NCBI GenBank assembly: GCA_031414535.1
Contig: JANNVQ010000049.1
Coordinates: 134,292 to 198,291 of the forward strand
DNA length: 64,000 nucleotides
Source of the DNA: Gemmatimonas sp.
GTDB taxonomy: Bacteria; Gemmatimonadota; Gemmatimonadetes; Gemmatimonadales; Gemmatimonadaceae
Direction: 5' to 3'
In this document: positions 19,392 through 28,569 of the stretch, one piece after another
How positions within the stretch are numbered: the stretch's first letter is position 1
Layout: each line of letters opens with the position of its first letter
Made by a program: the position numbers and the translations under genes
The notes under the pieces: model-generated
The model's input: the letters and a program-made list of their open reading frames with translations, nothing else
The model's database searches: none
Told to the model about the DNA's origin: nothing

Positions 19392-19852
19392 TGCGCCGGC
19401 TTTGTGTTGTCGCTCTGGCCCTGCTGCTGTCGCCAGCGATGTCCGCGGCACAAACGGCAGATCACGATGCCGCGTACGCCGTCGTCACCAAGCTCTTTGA
19501 CGGCATGCGTAGCCGCGACACTGCCGCGATGCGCGCGGCGTTCGCACCTGGGGCGCGTTTGCAGAGCGTCGGCGCGAATGGGATTAGGAACGATGAGATT
19601 GGTGCGTGGCTCAACTCCGTCGGGACGGCCGCGGCTGGCCTCGTGCTCGACGAACGGTTGGGGAAGCCCGTCGTCCAGGTGAGCGGCGACATAGCAAGCG
19701 TGTGGGTGGATTACTGGTTCTTCGCTGGCGATCGCTTCTCGCACTGCGGTGTGGATGCGTTCGTGCTCGCACGCCAGTCCGGGAGCTGGAAGATTCTCTC
19801 GGTCGCCGACACGCGTCAGCGCGATGGATGTCCGCCGGCCCCAGCCCGTTAG
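19391..19852 (+). CDS. Secreted NTF2-like/lumazine-binding-fold protein
   Basis: Signal peptide; LFDGMRSRD, GDIASVW..Y.F, SHCGVDAF.L...WKI. Confidence 0.8.
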   Translation: MRRLCVVALALLLSPAMSAAQTADHDAAYAVVTKLFDGMRSRDTAAMRAAFAPGARLQSVGANGIRNDEIGAWLNSVGTAAAGLVLDERLGKPVVQVSGDIASVWVDYWFFAGDRFSHCGVDAFVLARQSGSWKILSVADTRQRDGCPPAPAR

Positions 19853-20164
19853 CGTCACGACGCGCCAGACTGCATCGCCAATGCCCCCGCCGGTCGCCGC
19901 TCCGCGACCTGCGGGGGCACTGCATTGGGGCGCAATACTGTCCTTTTCCCGCTTGGACCGAACGGCCTAGGCCGTTTCACGAAATCTACGCCGGGCAACG
20001 AGTTAGGGCTGGTCAGAATACTGGACCGATTGGTCCTTTACTCGTCCGTTACCCTTAAACTCTTGTGCCACTTTGATTTACAGCCTTTTCCGTTAAGTTT
20101 GATGTAACGGCAACGGCGCGCCGGCCCACCGGCCAGTCCGCCCGAGCACACAGACGGAGACCGT

Positions 20165-20374
20165 ATGCGGAAACCAAGACCCAATTCGTACAACCCCGCG
20201 CAGGCCCTCCACCTGATTGCGAGCGATCGTAATGGCGATGCGCTCAGCTGCCCATCATGCTCAGGATCAATCGAGCGGGATCCAGGCGAGGCACCTCCGC
20301 CACCGCGGACGCATGTCACGCTCAAGTGCGTGGGATGTGGACGAGTGGCGCGGTACATCGCTGGCGCAGCCTGA
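20165..20374 (+). CDS. Small CxxC/CxxC zinc-finger protein
   Basis: GGAGA RBS; CPSC...CVGCGR; directly upstream of csp. Confidence 0.65.
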   Translation: MRKPRPNSYNPAQALHLIASDRNGDALSCPSCSGSIERDPGEAPPPPRTHVTLKCVGCGRVARYIAGAA

Positions 20375-20405
20375 TCAGCCCCTTTCACCCAGGAGAAGGC
20401 TTCAG

Positions 20406-20612
20406 ATGGCTCGCATCACAGGCACGGTGAAGTGGTTCAACGACGCGAAGGGCTTCGGATTCATCCAGCGCGAGGGTGGTCCCGATGTTTTCGTCCACTT
20501 CAGCGCCATTCAGTCCAGCGGCTTTAAGTCGTTGGTCGAGGGCGACAAGGTCGAGTTCGAGGTCGTGGATGGACAGAAGGGCCCGCAGGCCGCGAACGTC
20601 TCGAAGGCCTGA
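20406..20612 (+). CDS. Cold-shock protein (CspA family)
   Basis: [32 protein letters not shown]. Confidence 0.97.
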   Translation: MARITGTVKWFNDAKGFGFIQREGGPDVFVHFSAIQSSGFKSLVEGDKVEFEVVDGQKGPQAANVSKA

Positions 20613-20636
20613 GTAGTTTCGCAGATGCAGATGTAG

Positions 20637-20675
20637 CGAAGCCCCCGACCGGATTCGGTCGGGGGCTTCGTCTTT
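20637..20675 (+). terminator. Intrinsic terminator after csp
   Basis: CGAAGCCCCCGACCG-GATT-CGGTCGGGGGCTTCG-TCTTT. Confidence 0.85.
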
Positions 20676-20689
20676 ACGTCTGGCCGCCG

Positions 20690-21028
20690 TTAGGCGGAAA
20701 GCGGCAGTTCCATCTGCTGCAGCCGATGAACGCGCCGCGTCCGCGCGGCGCTCGGCACCACGGGACGCGCTGGCTCTGTCGCGGCGCGTGGCTCAGGCTG
20801 GTCCGCAGCGAGCGGTGCATCCCGCAGGAGTTCGGCGGTCTGGTAGCGCAGCTGCATGACTCGCAAGGGAGCGGCGAGAGCATCGCGGACACCAGCAGAG
20901 AAAGCGGACGCTTCCGTGATCACATCTTCAGGGAGCAGCCGCGCGAGCGGGTGCGCCAAGAGACGCTGGGCTTCGGCGCTGTCGCGCACCGAGAGGGCTG
21001 CAATGAGCGCATCAAGGTAACCGAGCAA
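20690..21028 (-). CDS. Hypothetical protein
   Basis: AAAGGAGG RBS then TTG at 21028; fills the gap; ends QMELPLSA. Confidence 0.7.
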   Translation of the reverse strand: MLGYLDALIAALSVRDSAEAQRLLAHPLARLLPEDVITEASAFSAGVRDALAAPLRVMQLRYQTAELLRDAPLAADQPEPRAATEPARPVVPSAARTRRVHRLQQMELPLSA

Positions 21029-21122
21029 GGAGCCTCCTTTCGCTATTAAGTACACCTTGCAACTAAAACGTTCCGCAGGCAAGTCCACCGCCTGTCACCA
21101 TCCTGTCGCAAAAGAGACCCGT

Positions 21123-21740
21123 TTAGCCCAAGAGTTCGAAGCGGACCGCCCGTTGGACGCCCCGGCGACGTCGCGGCGAGAAGCGGAATAGCTGGGCGGG
21201 CCGGCCACGCCCCTCCGAGCGCCAGGCGTCGGTTGGCTCCACCACGTGGGCCGCCAACAGCGTGCGGCGAAAGCTCGCTTTGTGGAGTCGGCGCTCCAGC
21301 AGAATCTCATAGACCGATTGCAGGTCTGAGAGCGTGAACGTCGGCCCTAGCAGCCGAAACGCCACGGGCTCGCGGTCTAGACGATCCCGCAAGTGTGAGA
21401 CCGCCGCTCGCACGGTCGCCGAGCCGCCTCCACGTGGCACCGTCTGCCACGCGTGACCGCGCGGCGCGGTGGAGCCGGCGGGCAAGATGGCCGCGTAGGT
21501 GATGTTCAGGTGCGCCCCCTCGACCAAGGCGCCCACCTGACCGCGCCAAGCTGGGCTGCGCTCCAGCAGCTTTCGGGCGAGCGCATCAATCACAACATCA
21601 GGGGCCTCGCCCGCCTGCAACTGGACGTGAGGCCACGAGGTGGCGCGAGACGAGGCCGTCGCGGGCATTAACACCGCCAAGCCACCGTCAACCAACGAAA
21701 AACAGACGAGCGCCACCTGCGGCGCGGGACGAGCAACCAT
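21123..21740 (-). CDS. NrtR-like regulator (degenerate Nudix plus winged HTH)
   Basis: C-terminal FTLSDLQSVYEILL...LHKASFRR...GRPAQLFRF is typical of NrtR. Confidence 0.85.
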   Translation of the reverse strand: MVARPAPQVALVCFSLVDGGLAVLMPATASSRATSWPHVQLQAGEAPDVVIDALARKLLERSPAWRGQVGALVEGAHLNITYAAILPAGSTAPRGHAWQTVPRGGGSATVRAAVSHLRDRLDREPVAFRLLGPTFTLSDLQSVYEILLERRLHKASFRRTLLAAHVVEPTDAWRSEGRGRPAQLFRFSPRRRRGVQRAVRFELLG

Positions 21741-21748
21741 GTACCTAA

Positions 21749-21776
21749 TTAGTAGCGAGTTGACAATAAAGTCAAC
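21749..21776. promoter_or_regulatory. Candidate operator/promoter before the NrtR-like gene
   Basis: GTTGAC-AATAAA-GTCAAC (21759-21776) overlapping an imperfect palindrome TTAGTAGCGAGTTGACAATAA. Confidence 0.5.
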
Positions 21777-21790
21777 CGACGCGTCGCCGC

Positions 21791-22069
21791 TCAGTGCGCG
21801 ATGGTGCCCAGCTTCGAGGTGTCAACCTCGTCCTGCTGGCCCGTCTTGAACAGAAACGCTTCCATGTTCCGTGTAAGGAACTGCCGCGCCTGTGGGTCCA
21901 TCACGTTCAAGCCGTAATGATTGATGAGCATCGTCTGCTGCTTAAGCCACTGGCCCCAACAATCGGGGCAGGTGCCCTCGAGGATGCGCGCGCCGATTGC
22001 GCCAGGGAATGGGGCGCGTTCGAAACCAGGCTTCGTGCCGCCGCAGCGCGCACAGGTGATGTCGGCCAT
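21791..22069 (-). CDS. yggX: Fe(II)-trafficking/oxidative damage protection protein (YggX family)
   Basis: PFPGAIGARI....C..CW.QWLKQQTMLINHYGLN..DPQARQFL. Confidence 0.88.
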   Translation of the reverse strand: MADITCARCGGTKPGFERAPFPGAIGARILEGTCPDCWGQWLKQQTMLINHYGLNVMDPQARQFLTRNMEAFLFKTGQQDEVDTSKLGTIAH

Positions 22070-22107
22070 ACAAACTCCGCAGGTGAACTGAAGATTGAAT
22101 CCGAAAT

Positions 22108-23013
22108 CTAGTTGATGTGCGGCGCTCTGCGCCCTGGTTGCGGCCACCGAGCATCCAGCCAGTCCGCCACGAAATCAGCGAGCGCTGGCCATCCGTAGTC
22201 CACCGTCAGCACGTGTCCCGCGCCGCTCACCCAGTGCGAGGATTTGTCGGCGCTGCCGATGCGCGCGTAGGCGTGTCGGCTTTGGTCCTCGGGCAGCCGA
22301 TTGTCCTCGCGCGACTGGCATACGAGGACCGGCGCCTTCACAAATCCGAGCCGAGGAATCGCGCCCTGCGCGATGGTCTCGAGCGCCTCGAGCGAACGCC
22401 GCGTGCTGCATCCGTAACTCACCGCGCGGCGCTGCGCTTCGGGATCCCAAATGGAGCGGCCTCCGCCGCCGCTGATGTACCGCGTCACTAAACCCCACAT
22501 GCGCGCGGTACTGACGGCCACTTGCATCGAGCGCGGCACGAAGAGCATCGGCGCGAACAGCAGCACCCCGTCCACGTCTGCCTCCGCACCAAGCCAGCAG
22601 GCCAGTGCGCCGCCCATCGAAAGTCCGCCGATGACGACCGTCGAATACTGCATGCGCAGAGCCGCGTACTCCTCGCGCACTAAATTCACGGCCTGGTCCG
22701 CCCGCCACTCATCCCAGGCTTCGAGGGACCGACCGTGACCCGGCAGTAGCGGTAAGCGCACCGTCCAACCGCGCGCTTGGAGTCTTCGCGCAACGTCATC
22801 GACCGACGCCGGCGAGTCGTTGTACCCGTGCACCAGCAAGAGCGCCCGCCCCGACTGCGCGGTATACGTCCTCGCCTCTGCCCCAATCACCACACCGTCG
22901 GGGCTGGCGGGGAAGCGCCGACGGAAGCGCTGCTCCGATCGCACGGCGCGCCACTGCCGCTGCGCCCAGATCCCAGCGGCTATCAGAAGCGCCCAGCCCA
23001 AGGGCGTCAGCAA
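22108..23013 (-). CDS. Alpha/beta hydrolase (carboxylesterase-like), membrane-anchored
   Basis: LLVHGY, LPGHG, GLSMGG, ED, GHVLTVD. Confidence 0.9.
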   Translation of the reverse strand: MLTPLGWALLIAAGIWAQRQWRAVRSEQRFRRRFPASPDGVVIGAEARTYTAQSGRALLLVHGYNDSPASVDDVARRLQARGWTVRLPLLPGHGRSLEAWDEWRADQAVNLVREEYAALRMQYSTVVIGGLSMGGALACWLGAEADVDGVLLFAPMLFVPRSMQVAVSTARMWGLVTRYISGGGGRSIWDPEAQRRAVSYGCSTRRSLEALETIAQGAIPRLGFVKAPVLVCQSREDNRLPEDQSRHAYARIGSADKSSHWVSGAGHVLTVDYGWPALADFVADWLDARWPQPGRRAPHIN

Positions 23014-23015
23014 GC

Positions 23016-24152
23016 TCAGTACCGCGGCAAGGCAGAGTCTACATCAACGCTCCAGCGATCAATCCCGCCAGTCACGTTGAGTACCTGTTGGTGCCCCGCC
23101 GTGCGCAAATAGTCCGCGACCATCGCCGAACGCATGCCGTGATGACACAGCACGGCGATGGGACGGTCGCGCGGCAAGGTGGCCTGCTGGGCGGGAATCG
23201 TTCCCATGGGCACATGCCGCGCGCCGGGAACGGCAACCGTCGCCAATTCCCATTCCTCGCGAACGTCAAGCACGAGAATCTCGCCGCGGGCCAGTGCCGC
23301 AGCCGCATCGCGTGGACTAATGTCACGCGCCTCGTCATTCAGTGTCACCACACTCTCCTCACCGCAGAACGCGGCGTAGTTCCCGAGCAACTCGTGTTCG
23401 CTGCGCTGGGCACACCAGGCACACGAAGGATCGCGTTCAAACTGCACCTGCTCGAATCGCATTGCCAATGCATCCACCGCCAACAGACGCCCAATCAAGG
23501 GCGTACCGATACCGACAATCCACTTGATGGCCTCCGTCGCCTGCAGGGTACCCAGCAACCCTGGAAGCACACCCAGCACCCCGCCCTCCGCGCAGTTGGG
23601 CACAGAGCCCGCGGGAGGCGGCTCAGGATGCAGGCAACGATAGCAGGGACCGTCTGGCGTGGAGAACACCGAGAGCTGCCCTTCGAAGCGATGCACACTA
23701 GCCTGTACCAGTGGCTTCCGCTCCAACACACAGGCGTCGTTCAAGAGGTAGCGCGTCGTAAAACTATCCGTCCCATCGAGCACGATGTCGTAATCACCGA
23801 TGATGCCACGCGCGTTTTCCCGCGTCAGCGCCACGTGCCAAGTGTCGAGCCGCAGCGCGGGGTTCAGCGCGGCCAAGCGTGCGTGCGCCGAGTCTGTCTT
23901 TGGGCGTCCGATACTCGGGGTGTCGTGCAGGATCTGGCGCTGCAGATTGTGCACGGCAACCACGTCGTGATCAAGCAAGCCGAGCCGCCCCACGCCAGCG
24001 GCTGCCAGGTATAGCGCCGCCGGTGAACCGAGTCCGCCGAGTCCCACAATCAGCGCACTCGCGTCGCGAAGTTTCTCTTGCCCCACAGCGCCGACCTGCG
24101 GCAAGCTGAGATGGCGCGCGTAGCGTTCGCGATCGTCGGCAGACAGCGTCAT
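23016..24152 (-). CDS. moeB: MoeB/ThiF adenylyltransferase fused to rhodanese
   Basis: RYARHL, GLGGLG, NLQRQ, DGTD, PCYRC, C-terminal CHHGMRS. Confidence 0.92.
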   Translation of the reverse strand: MTLSADDRERYARHLSLPQVGAVGQEKLRDASALIVGLGGLGSPAALYLAAAGVGRLGLLDHDVVAVHNLQRQILHDTPSIGRPKTDSAHARLAALNPALRLDTWHVALTRENARGIIGDYDIVLDGTDSFTTRYLLNDACVLERKPLVQASVHRFEGQLSVFSTPDGPCYRCLHPEPPPAGSVPNCAEGGVLGVLPGLLGTLQATEAIKWIVGIGTPLIGRLLAVDALAMRFEQVQFERDPSCAWCAQRSEHELLGNYAAFCGEESVVTLNDEARDISPRDAAAALARGEILVLDVREEWELATVAVPGARHVPMGTIPAQQATLPRDRPIAVLCHHGMRSAMVADYLRTAGHQQVLNVTGGIDRWSVDVDSALPRY

Positions 24153-24165
24153 GGTCGGAATATAC

Positions 24166-24234
24166 GTGAAGGGGCATCGCCACTCGGCGATGCCCCTTCA
24201 CTCGGCGGGAGTGGTCCCGGAACCACCCCCGCCG
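24166..24234 (-). terminator. Two tandem hairpins after the M28 peptidase gene
   Basis: Perfect 16-bp stem GTGAAGGGGCATCGCC/GGCGATGCCCCTTCAC (24166-24201) and a 13-bp stem (24203-24234). Confidence 0.55.
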
Positions 24235-24251
24235 GCGTTCGCGGCTGTGCC

Positions 24252-26369
24252 TTACTGCCCTCGCACCGCACGCGTCGCACGTTCAATCGCGGCCGTCGCG
24301 GCATCAAAACGCCCGACGAGATCCTGCAACTCCGCCGCGAATACCGCCTCGGTGCCGTAGCGAATTGCTTCGTTCACCGATGGGAACACCATCGTCCCAT
24401 AGCCGTTATCCACGTCGGCTACGTATATGAGATTCCTATACCAAGGCCGAGAACGCAAGCCCTCCGGCCTCGTCATCGCGCGCTCGACTTCGCGGAGCGC
24501 GGCGTTCGTCGGGACCTGACGCGCGCGCGAAATGCCCGTCGCCAGAGCGGAATCGCGCGTTGCATTGAACGTTTGCGCCGCGCGTTCCATGCGGTCGATT
24601 GCCGCCGCGAGCGGCGCCGATGACCCACGCCACGAGCGTTCTCGCAGCGCGCGGTCAACTGGGGCCAGATAGCGCCGCATGGTGCGCGCGAACTCGGCGT
24701 AGTCGTACGGGAGCACGTCGGCATTCGCGAGTCGCATCATCATCAGCGTCCCCACACGTGCCGCCGCCGCGTGATACCGATACCCCGGATCGCCAAAGCG
24801 CTCCATGAACGTGTAGGAGTCGTAGTTCGAGTGGTAAATCCCGTTGCCGCCGCCAAACCCCCAGTCACTATGCGGAATCCCGAGGTGATTGTAGAAGCCA
24901 GCAAAGTCGGAGCCACCACCAGGATCGCCCATCGCCGGTTCCTCTCCCTCGGGCACGCGCGACCGGCCCCGCCACACCTCGTATACGGAGCCCGCGCCGC
25001 TGGGATCGGGCACGCTGCGTGCCACGTCGCGCAGGAGCGCGCGCAAGCTCGGACTGCCACCGCCACCGAACGAAGGTCCGCTCGCGGACACATCTTGATT
25101 GAGATAGGCCACCGCACCGCGCATCAAGCGCAGCGAATCGTCCTCCACGTATTCGGTGGAGCCAACCAAGCCCCATTCCTCGGCGTCCCATGTCGCGAAG
25201 ACCAAGGTACGCCTTGGCCGCCAGCCTGCGCGCATCTGTTCGGCCACCGCGCGCGCGGCTTCAACCACACTCACCGTGCCAGACACATTGTCCACAGCGC
25301 CGGGGCTCCACGCGTCGCGGTGTGCACCGATGATGACGAGTTCATCGGGGAAGTCCGTGCCGCGGATAATGCCGTAGGTGTTCCAGATCGGCTTGAGAGC
25401 CGCCGTCGCCGAGTCACTGAACACGCGTACGCGAGCCACCACTGGACCGGGGCCAACGTGATAGCGGAATGACAAGCCCCCCTGCCAGGTGGCCGGAATG
25501 TCGCGGCCACGCACATCACGCAGGAGTTCAATAGCGTTGCCGTACGACAGCGGTAGCACGGGAATACGCGGCACCGGCATTTGGTCGAGCGGAATGCGCG
25601 GCGCGCCCGCCTTCGACGCATAGCCAGGCGTGGACGGATCACCCGCACCATTCATGACGCTGCCGCGCTGCACGCCGCGGTCATTGCGATACGCACCCTC
25701 GGGGTAGACGTCACCACGCACATAGCCGTCGTCCTGCGGGTCCGAGTACATGAGGAGCGCGAGCGCGCCGCGCTTTTCTGCTTCGCGAGCCTTGATCCCA
25801 CGAAAGCTGCCGCCGTAGCGTGCGATGACCACCTTGCCGCGCACGCTCACGCCGATGGAATCCAGCTGCGCGTAGTCTTCGATAAGACCGTAGTTCACAT
25901 ACACCACTTCGCCTGTGACGTCACCGGTGCCGCTGTAGCCGTTCACGGTGGGGTACTCGTCGTGCTGCATCGTCGTGGGATCTTCCGGCACACGCCCTTC
26001 GCGCAACTCGAGTTGTCGCGGCGTCGGACTGATGCGCCACACGCCGTAATCCACCGTGTGCGGCAACCACACGTGATATTCGCCAACTTCGGCGTTGAGA
26101 CCAGCCTCGCGCATGGCCTGAATCACGAGGTCGCGCGTGCGCGCCTGCGCGGCCGTACCCGCGATGTGGGGGCGATCAGCGAGCGCACGCGCCAATGCCT
26201 GTGCTCGCGCGGTGTCGGGGCGTGCCATTGCGGCGCGCTCCGCCGTTCGCTGCTCTTCAGTTGTTTGGCGCGAGAATCCCGGAATGCTCCTCTGTTGAGC
26301 GGAAAGCGCTGCAGGGACGAGCAAGGTGAGCGCCACGCCGATGGCGCAGCGCGAAAGTGAAACGGACAT
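24252..26369 (-). CDS. M28 glutamate carboxypeptidase II-like peptidase (PA and TfR-dimer domains)
   Basis: PHIAGT, YVNYG, GAHRDAW, GAVDN, WDAEEWGLVGSTE, YHSNYD. Confidence 0.94.
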   Translation of the reverse strand: MSVSLSRCAIGVALTLLVPAALSAQQRSIPGFSRQTTEEQRTAERAAMARPDTARAQALARALADRPHIAGTAAQARTRDLVIQAMREAGLNAEVGEYHVWLPHTVDYGVWRISPTPRQLELREGRVPEDPTTMQHDEYPTVNGYSGTGDVTGEVVYVNYGLIEDYAQLDSIGVSVRGKVVIARYGGSFRGIKAREAEKRGALALLMYSDPQDDGYVRGDVYPEGAYRNDRGVQRGSVMNGAGDPSTPGYASKAGAPRIPLDQMPVPRIPVLPLSYGNAIELLRDVRGRDIPATWQGGLSFRYHVGPGPVVARVRVFSDSATAALKPIWNTYGIIRGTDFPDELVIIGAHRDAWSPGAVDNVSGTVSVVEAARAVAEQMRAGWRPRRTLVFATWDAEEWGLVGSTEYVEDDSLRLMRGAVAYLNQDVSASGPSFGGGGSPSLRALLRDVARSVPDPSGAGSVYEVWRGRSRVPEGEEPAMGDPGGGSDFAGFYNHLGIPHSDWGFGGGNGIYHSNYDSYTFMERFGDPGYRYHAAAARVGTLMMMRLANADVLPYDYAEFARTMRRYLAPVDRALRERSWRGSSAPLAAAIDRMERAAQTFNATRDSALATGISRARQVPTNAALREVERAMTRPEGLRSRPWYRNLIYVADVDNGYGTMVFPSVNEAIRYGTEAVFAAELQDLVGRFDAATAAIERATRAVRGQ

Positions 26370-26386
26370 TGTTGGGGGAATCAGGG

Positions 26387-27286
26387 TCAGTAGCCGTGTA
26401 CCGCGAGGCCTGCCGCGGAGTCGAACTCTAGGGTGGTCTTGTAGCGCTCAAAGCGACCGTCACCGGCCATCGGACGTGCCTTCGTCCGTACCGCATCCAT
26501 CTCGCCCGCGTGGAACGGCTTGTAGGTCGCGGCGGCCTTCAGGGTCTTCTTGAGGATTGGGGAAGCATCACAGCCCACAAGAACGGAGCTCACGGGCAAT
26601 GACCAAGCATAACGGAACGCATCGTCCACCTTCACCACCTTGCAACCATTTACGGCACCGCCGGCCAAGAGCTTGGTCCCAATCACCGAACCGCCGCGCT
26701 TGATTACTTCCGGCAATACCTGTTTCTCAAATGAACGAAACGATCCGTCAAACGGGTTGAGCGGCATCAAGCCGACGTCCCAGCGAAATCCGCGCGCTAG
26801 CAGCTTCAGTGCGATGTGCGGAGATTTTTCGCTATGAAACCCAATCCAGCGCGTTCGGCCTTGCTCGCGAGCCTCCTGCGCGGCGTCGAGCCCTCCGTGA
26901 TCGTAGAGCCAGTCGGGATCGTTGTCGTAATTCATCTGATGAAAGGAGAACACCTCCACACGGTCGGTGCGCAGCGCCGTCAGCGTTGACTCCAGCTGCG
27001 CCATCGATGTCTTGTAGTCGCGTAGGTACGCAGCGCACTGCCACACCAGCGCAACCTTCTCGCGATACCCATCCTTGAGTGCCAGCGCGATCCACTTCTC
27101 GGCGCGCCCCCCGGCAAAGCCCGGCGAGACCTCGAGCACGTTGACGCCGGCATCGATTGCCTCGCGCACCACGCGTATGGTGGCTTGCTGACCAGCCTCG
27201 GCGAGGCGGCGAGTGCCGAGTCCGAGAATGGTGGTCGCCGCGGTGCGGCCAAAACTGCGAAGCTCGAGCTGTGGCGGAGCGCGCAT
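26387..27286 (-). CDS. Aldo/keto reductase-fold protein (catalytic residues altered)
   Basis: RSFGRT...LGLG, AIDAGVN, LRTDRVE, GRTRWIGF, FEKQVLP; ATG 27286 chosen as start. Confidence 0.85.
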   Translation of the reverse strand: MRAPPQLELRSFGRTAATTILGLGTRRLAEAGQQATIRVVREAIDAGVNVLEVSPGFAGGRAEKWIALALKDGYREKVALVWQCAAYLRDYKTSMAQLESTLTALRTDRVEVFSFHQMNYDNDPDWLYDHGGLDAAQEAREQGRTRWIGFHSEKSPHIALKLLARGFRWDVGLMPLNPFDGSFRSFEKQVLPEVIKRGGSVIGTKLLAGGAVNGCKVVKVDDAFRYAWSLPVSSVLVGCDASPILKKTLKAAATYKPFHAGEMDAVRTKARPMAGDGRFERYKTTLEFDSAAGLAVHGY

Positions 27287-27377
27287 ACGAATCAGGGGGC
27301 CAAGGGAGAACGGCTCCGTATGTTGCGCACGGATGTCGCGTCCCACCAGAGGGGGAGGCCACATCCGGGTGCACGGG

Positions 27378-28559
27378 TCAACCGATGGCGCGCTCCAAGC
27401 TGCCAAGCCCCTCACCTAACTCCTGCCGGTTGATGACCAGCGGCGGGAGCAGGCGCAGCGTGTGGTCGCCGGCGCCGACGAGCAAGAGGCCGAGGTCGAG
27501 TGCGCGGGCCACCACGTCCTTTGCTGGGTCGGTGATGTCCACGCCCCACATCAAGCCGCGACCACGAATCGCGCGGACTTTTGGCAGGCGTGCGGCCATG
27601 GCGAGCAACTGGTCACCCAACCACTCCCCTTCCCGCTTCACGTGCTCGAGCATGGACGGCGCATGGAGGCGGTCAAATACGTGGTTCGCCACGTGCGCCA
27701 CGAATGGGCCACCCCCGAAGGTGGTCCCGTGGTCACCCGGCACGATGGCGTCTGCCACCTGCTGCGTCAGGAGCACGGCGCCCATCGGCAGTCCGTTGGC
27801 CATTGGCTTTGCCATCGTGAGCACGTCCGGTGTGATGCCGTACTGCTCATACGCGAAGAAAGTCCCTGTGCGGCCGTAGCCGCACTGAATTTCGTCCAAG
27901 ATGAGGAGCACGTTGCGCTCCTTGGTGAGCGCACGCAGTTCACGTACAAAGCCGTGATCGAGCACGCGTACGCCGCCCTCCCCTTGGATGGGTTCCGCGA
28001 TGACCGCAGCCGTTTGCGCGTCAGAGATGACGCGTGAGAGTTCCTCGATGCTCCGCTCGTGAATGTGAATGCCACCGGCCAGCGGCCGGAACTGGTTGCG
28101 ATATTGCGGACGGTCCGTAGCGGCTACCGTGCCGAAGAGGCGGCCGTGGAAGGCGCCGCGCAGCGAGATGATCTCGTGCTTGGCGGGTCCCCCCACACCT
28201 CTCGCCCAACGCCGCGCAAACTTGAACGCACCCTCGTTGGCCTCTGCGCCAGAGTTGCAGAAAAACACCCGGTCGGCGAACGACGCCGCAACCAGCTTGT
28301 CCGCGAGCAGTTCGCCCGGTGCGGTGCGATACAGATTGGACGTATGGAGGAGTCCCGTTGCGGCGGCCTCGGCGATGGCCGCATTCACCCCGGCGTCGTT
28401 GTAGCCCAGCGCATTGACGGCGATGCCGGACGTGAAGTCGAGATACGACTTGCCGTCGGCGTCGAACAGGCGAACGCCGTCGGCGCGCACAAACTCCATC
28501 GGAGAACGGCGGTAGGTACCAAGCAGGGCGTCAGTCATCGGCAGAGCGGCAGCGGTCAC
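27378..28559 (-). CDS. argD: Acetylornithine aminotransferase
   Basis: YLDFTSGIAVNALG, NSGAEANE, FHGR, EPIQGEGG, DEIQCGYGRTG, MAKPMANG, HGTTFGG. Confidence 0.95.
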   Translation of the reverse strand: MTAAALPMTDALLGTYRRSPMEFVRADGVRLFDADGKSYLDFTSGIAVNALGYNDAGVNAAIAEAAATGLLHTSNLYRTAPGELLADKLVAASFADRVFFCNSGAEANEGAFKFARRWARGVGGPAKHEIISLRGAFHGRLFGTVAATDRPQYRNQFRPLAGGIHIHERSIEELSRVISDAQTAAVIAEPIQGEGGVRVLDHGFVRELRALTKERNVLLILDEIQCGYGRTGTFFAYEQYGITPDVLTMAKPMANGLPMGAVLLTQQVADAIVPGDHGTTFGGGPFVAHVANHVFDRLHAPSMLEHVKREGEWLGDQLLAMAARLPKVRAIRGRGLMWGVDITDPAKDVVARALDLGLLLVGAGDHTLRLLPPLVINRQELGEGLGSLERAIG

Positions 28560-28569
28560 GGAAGGATCC

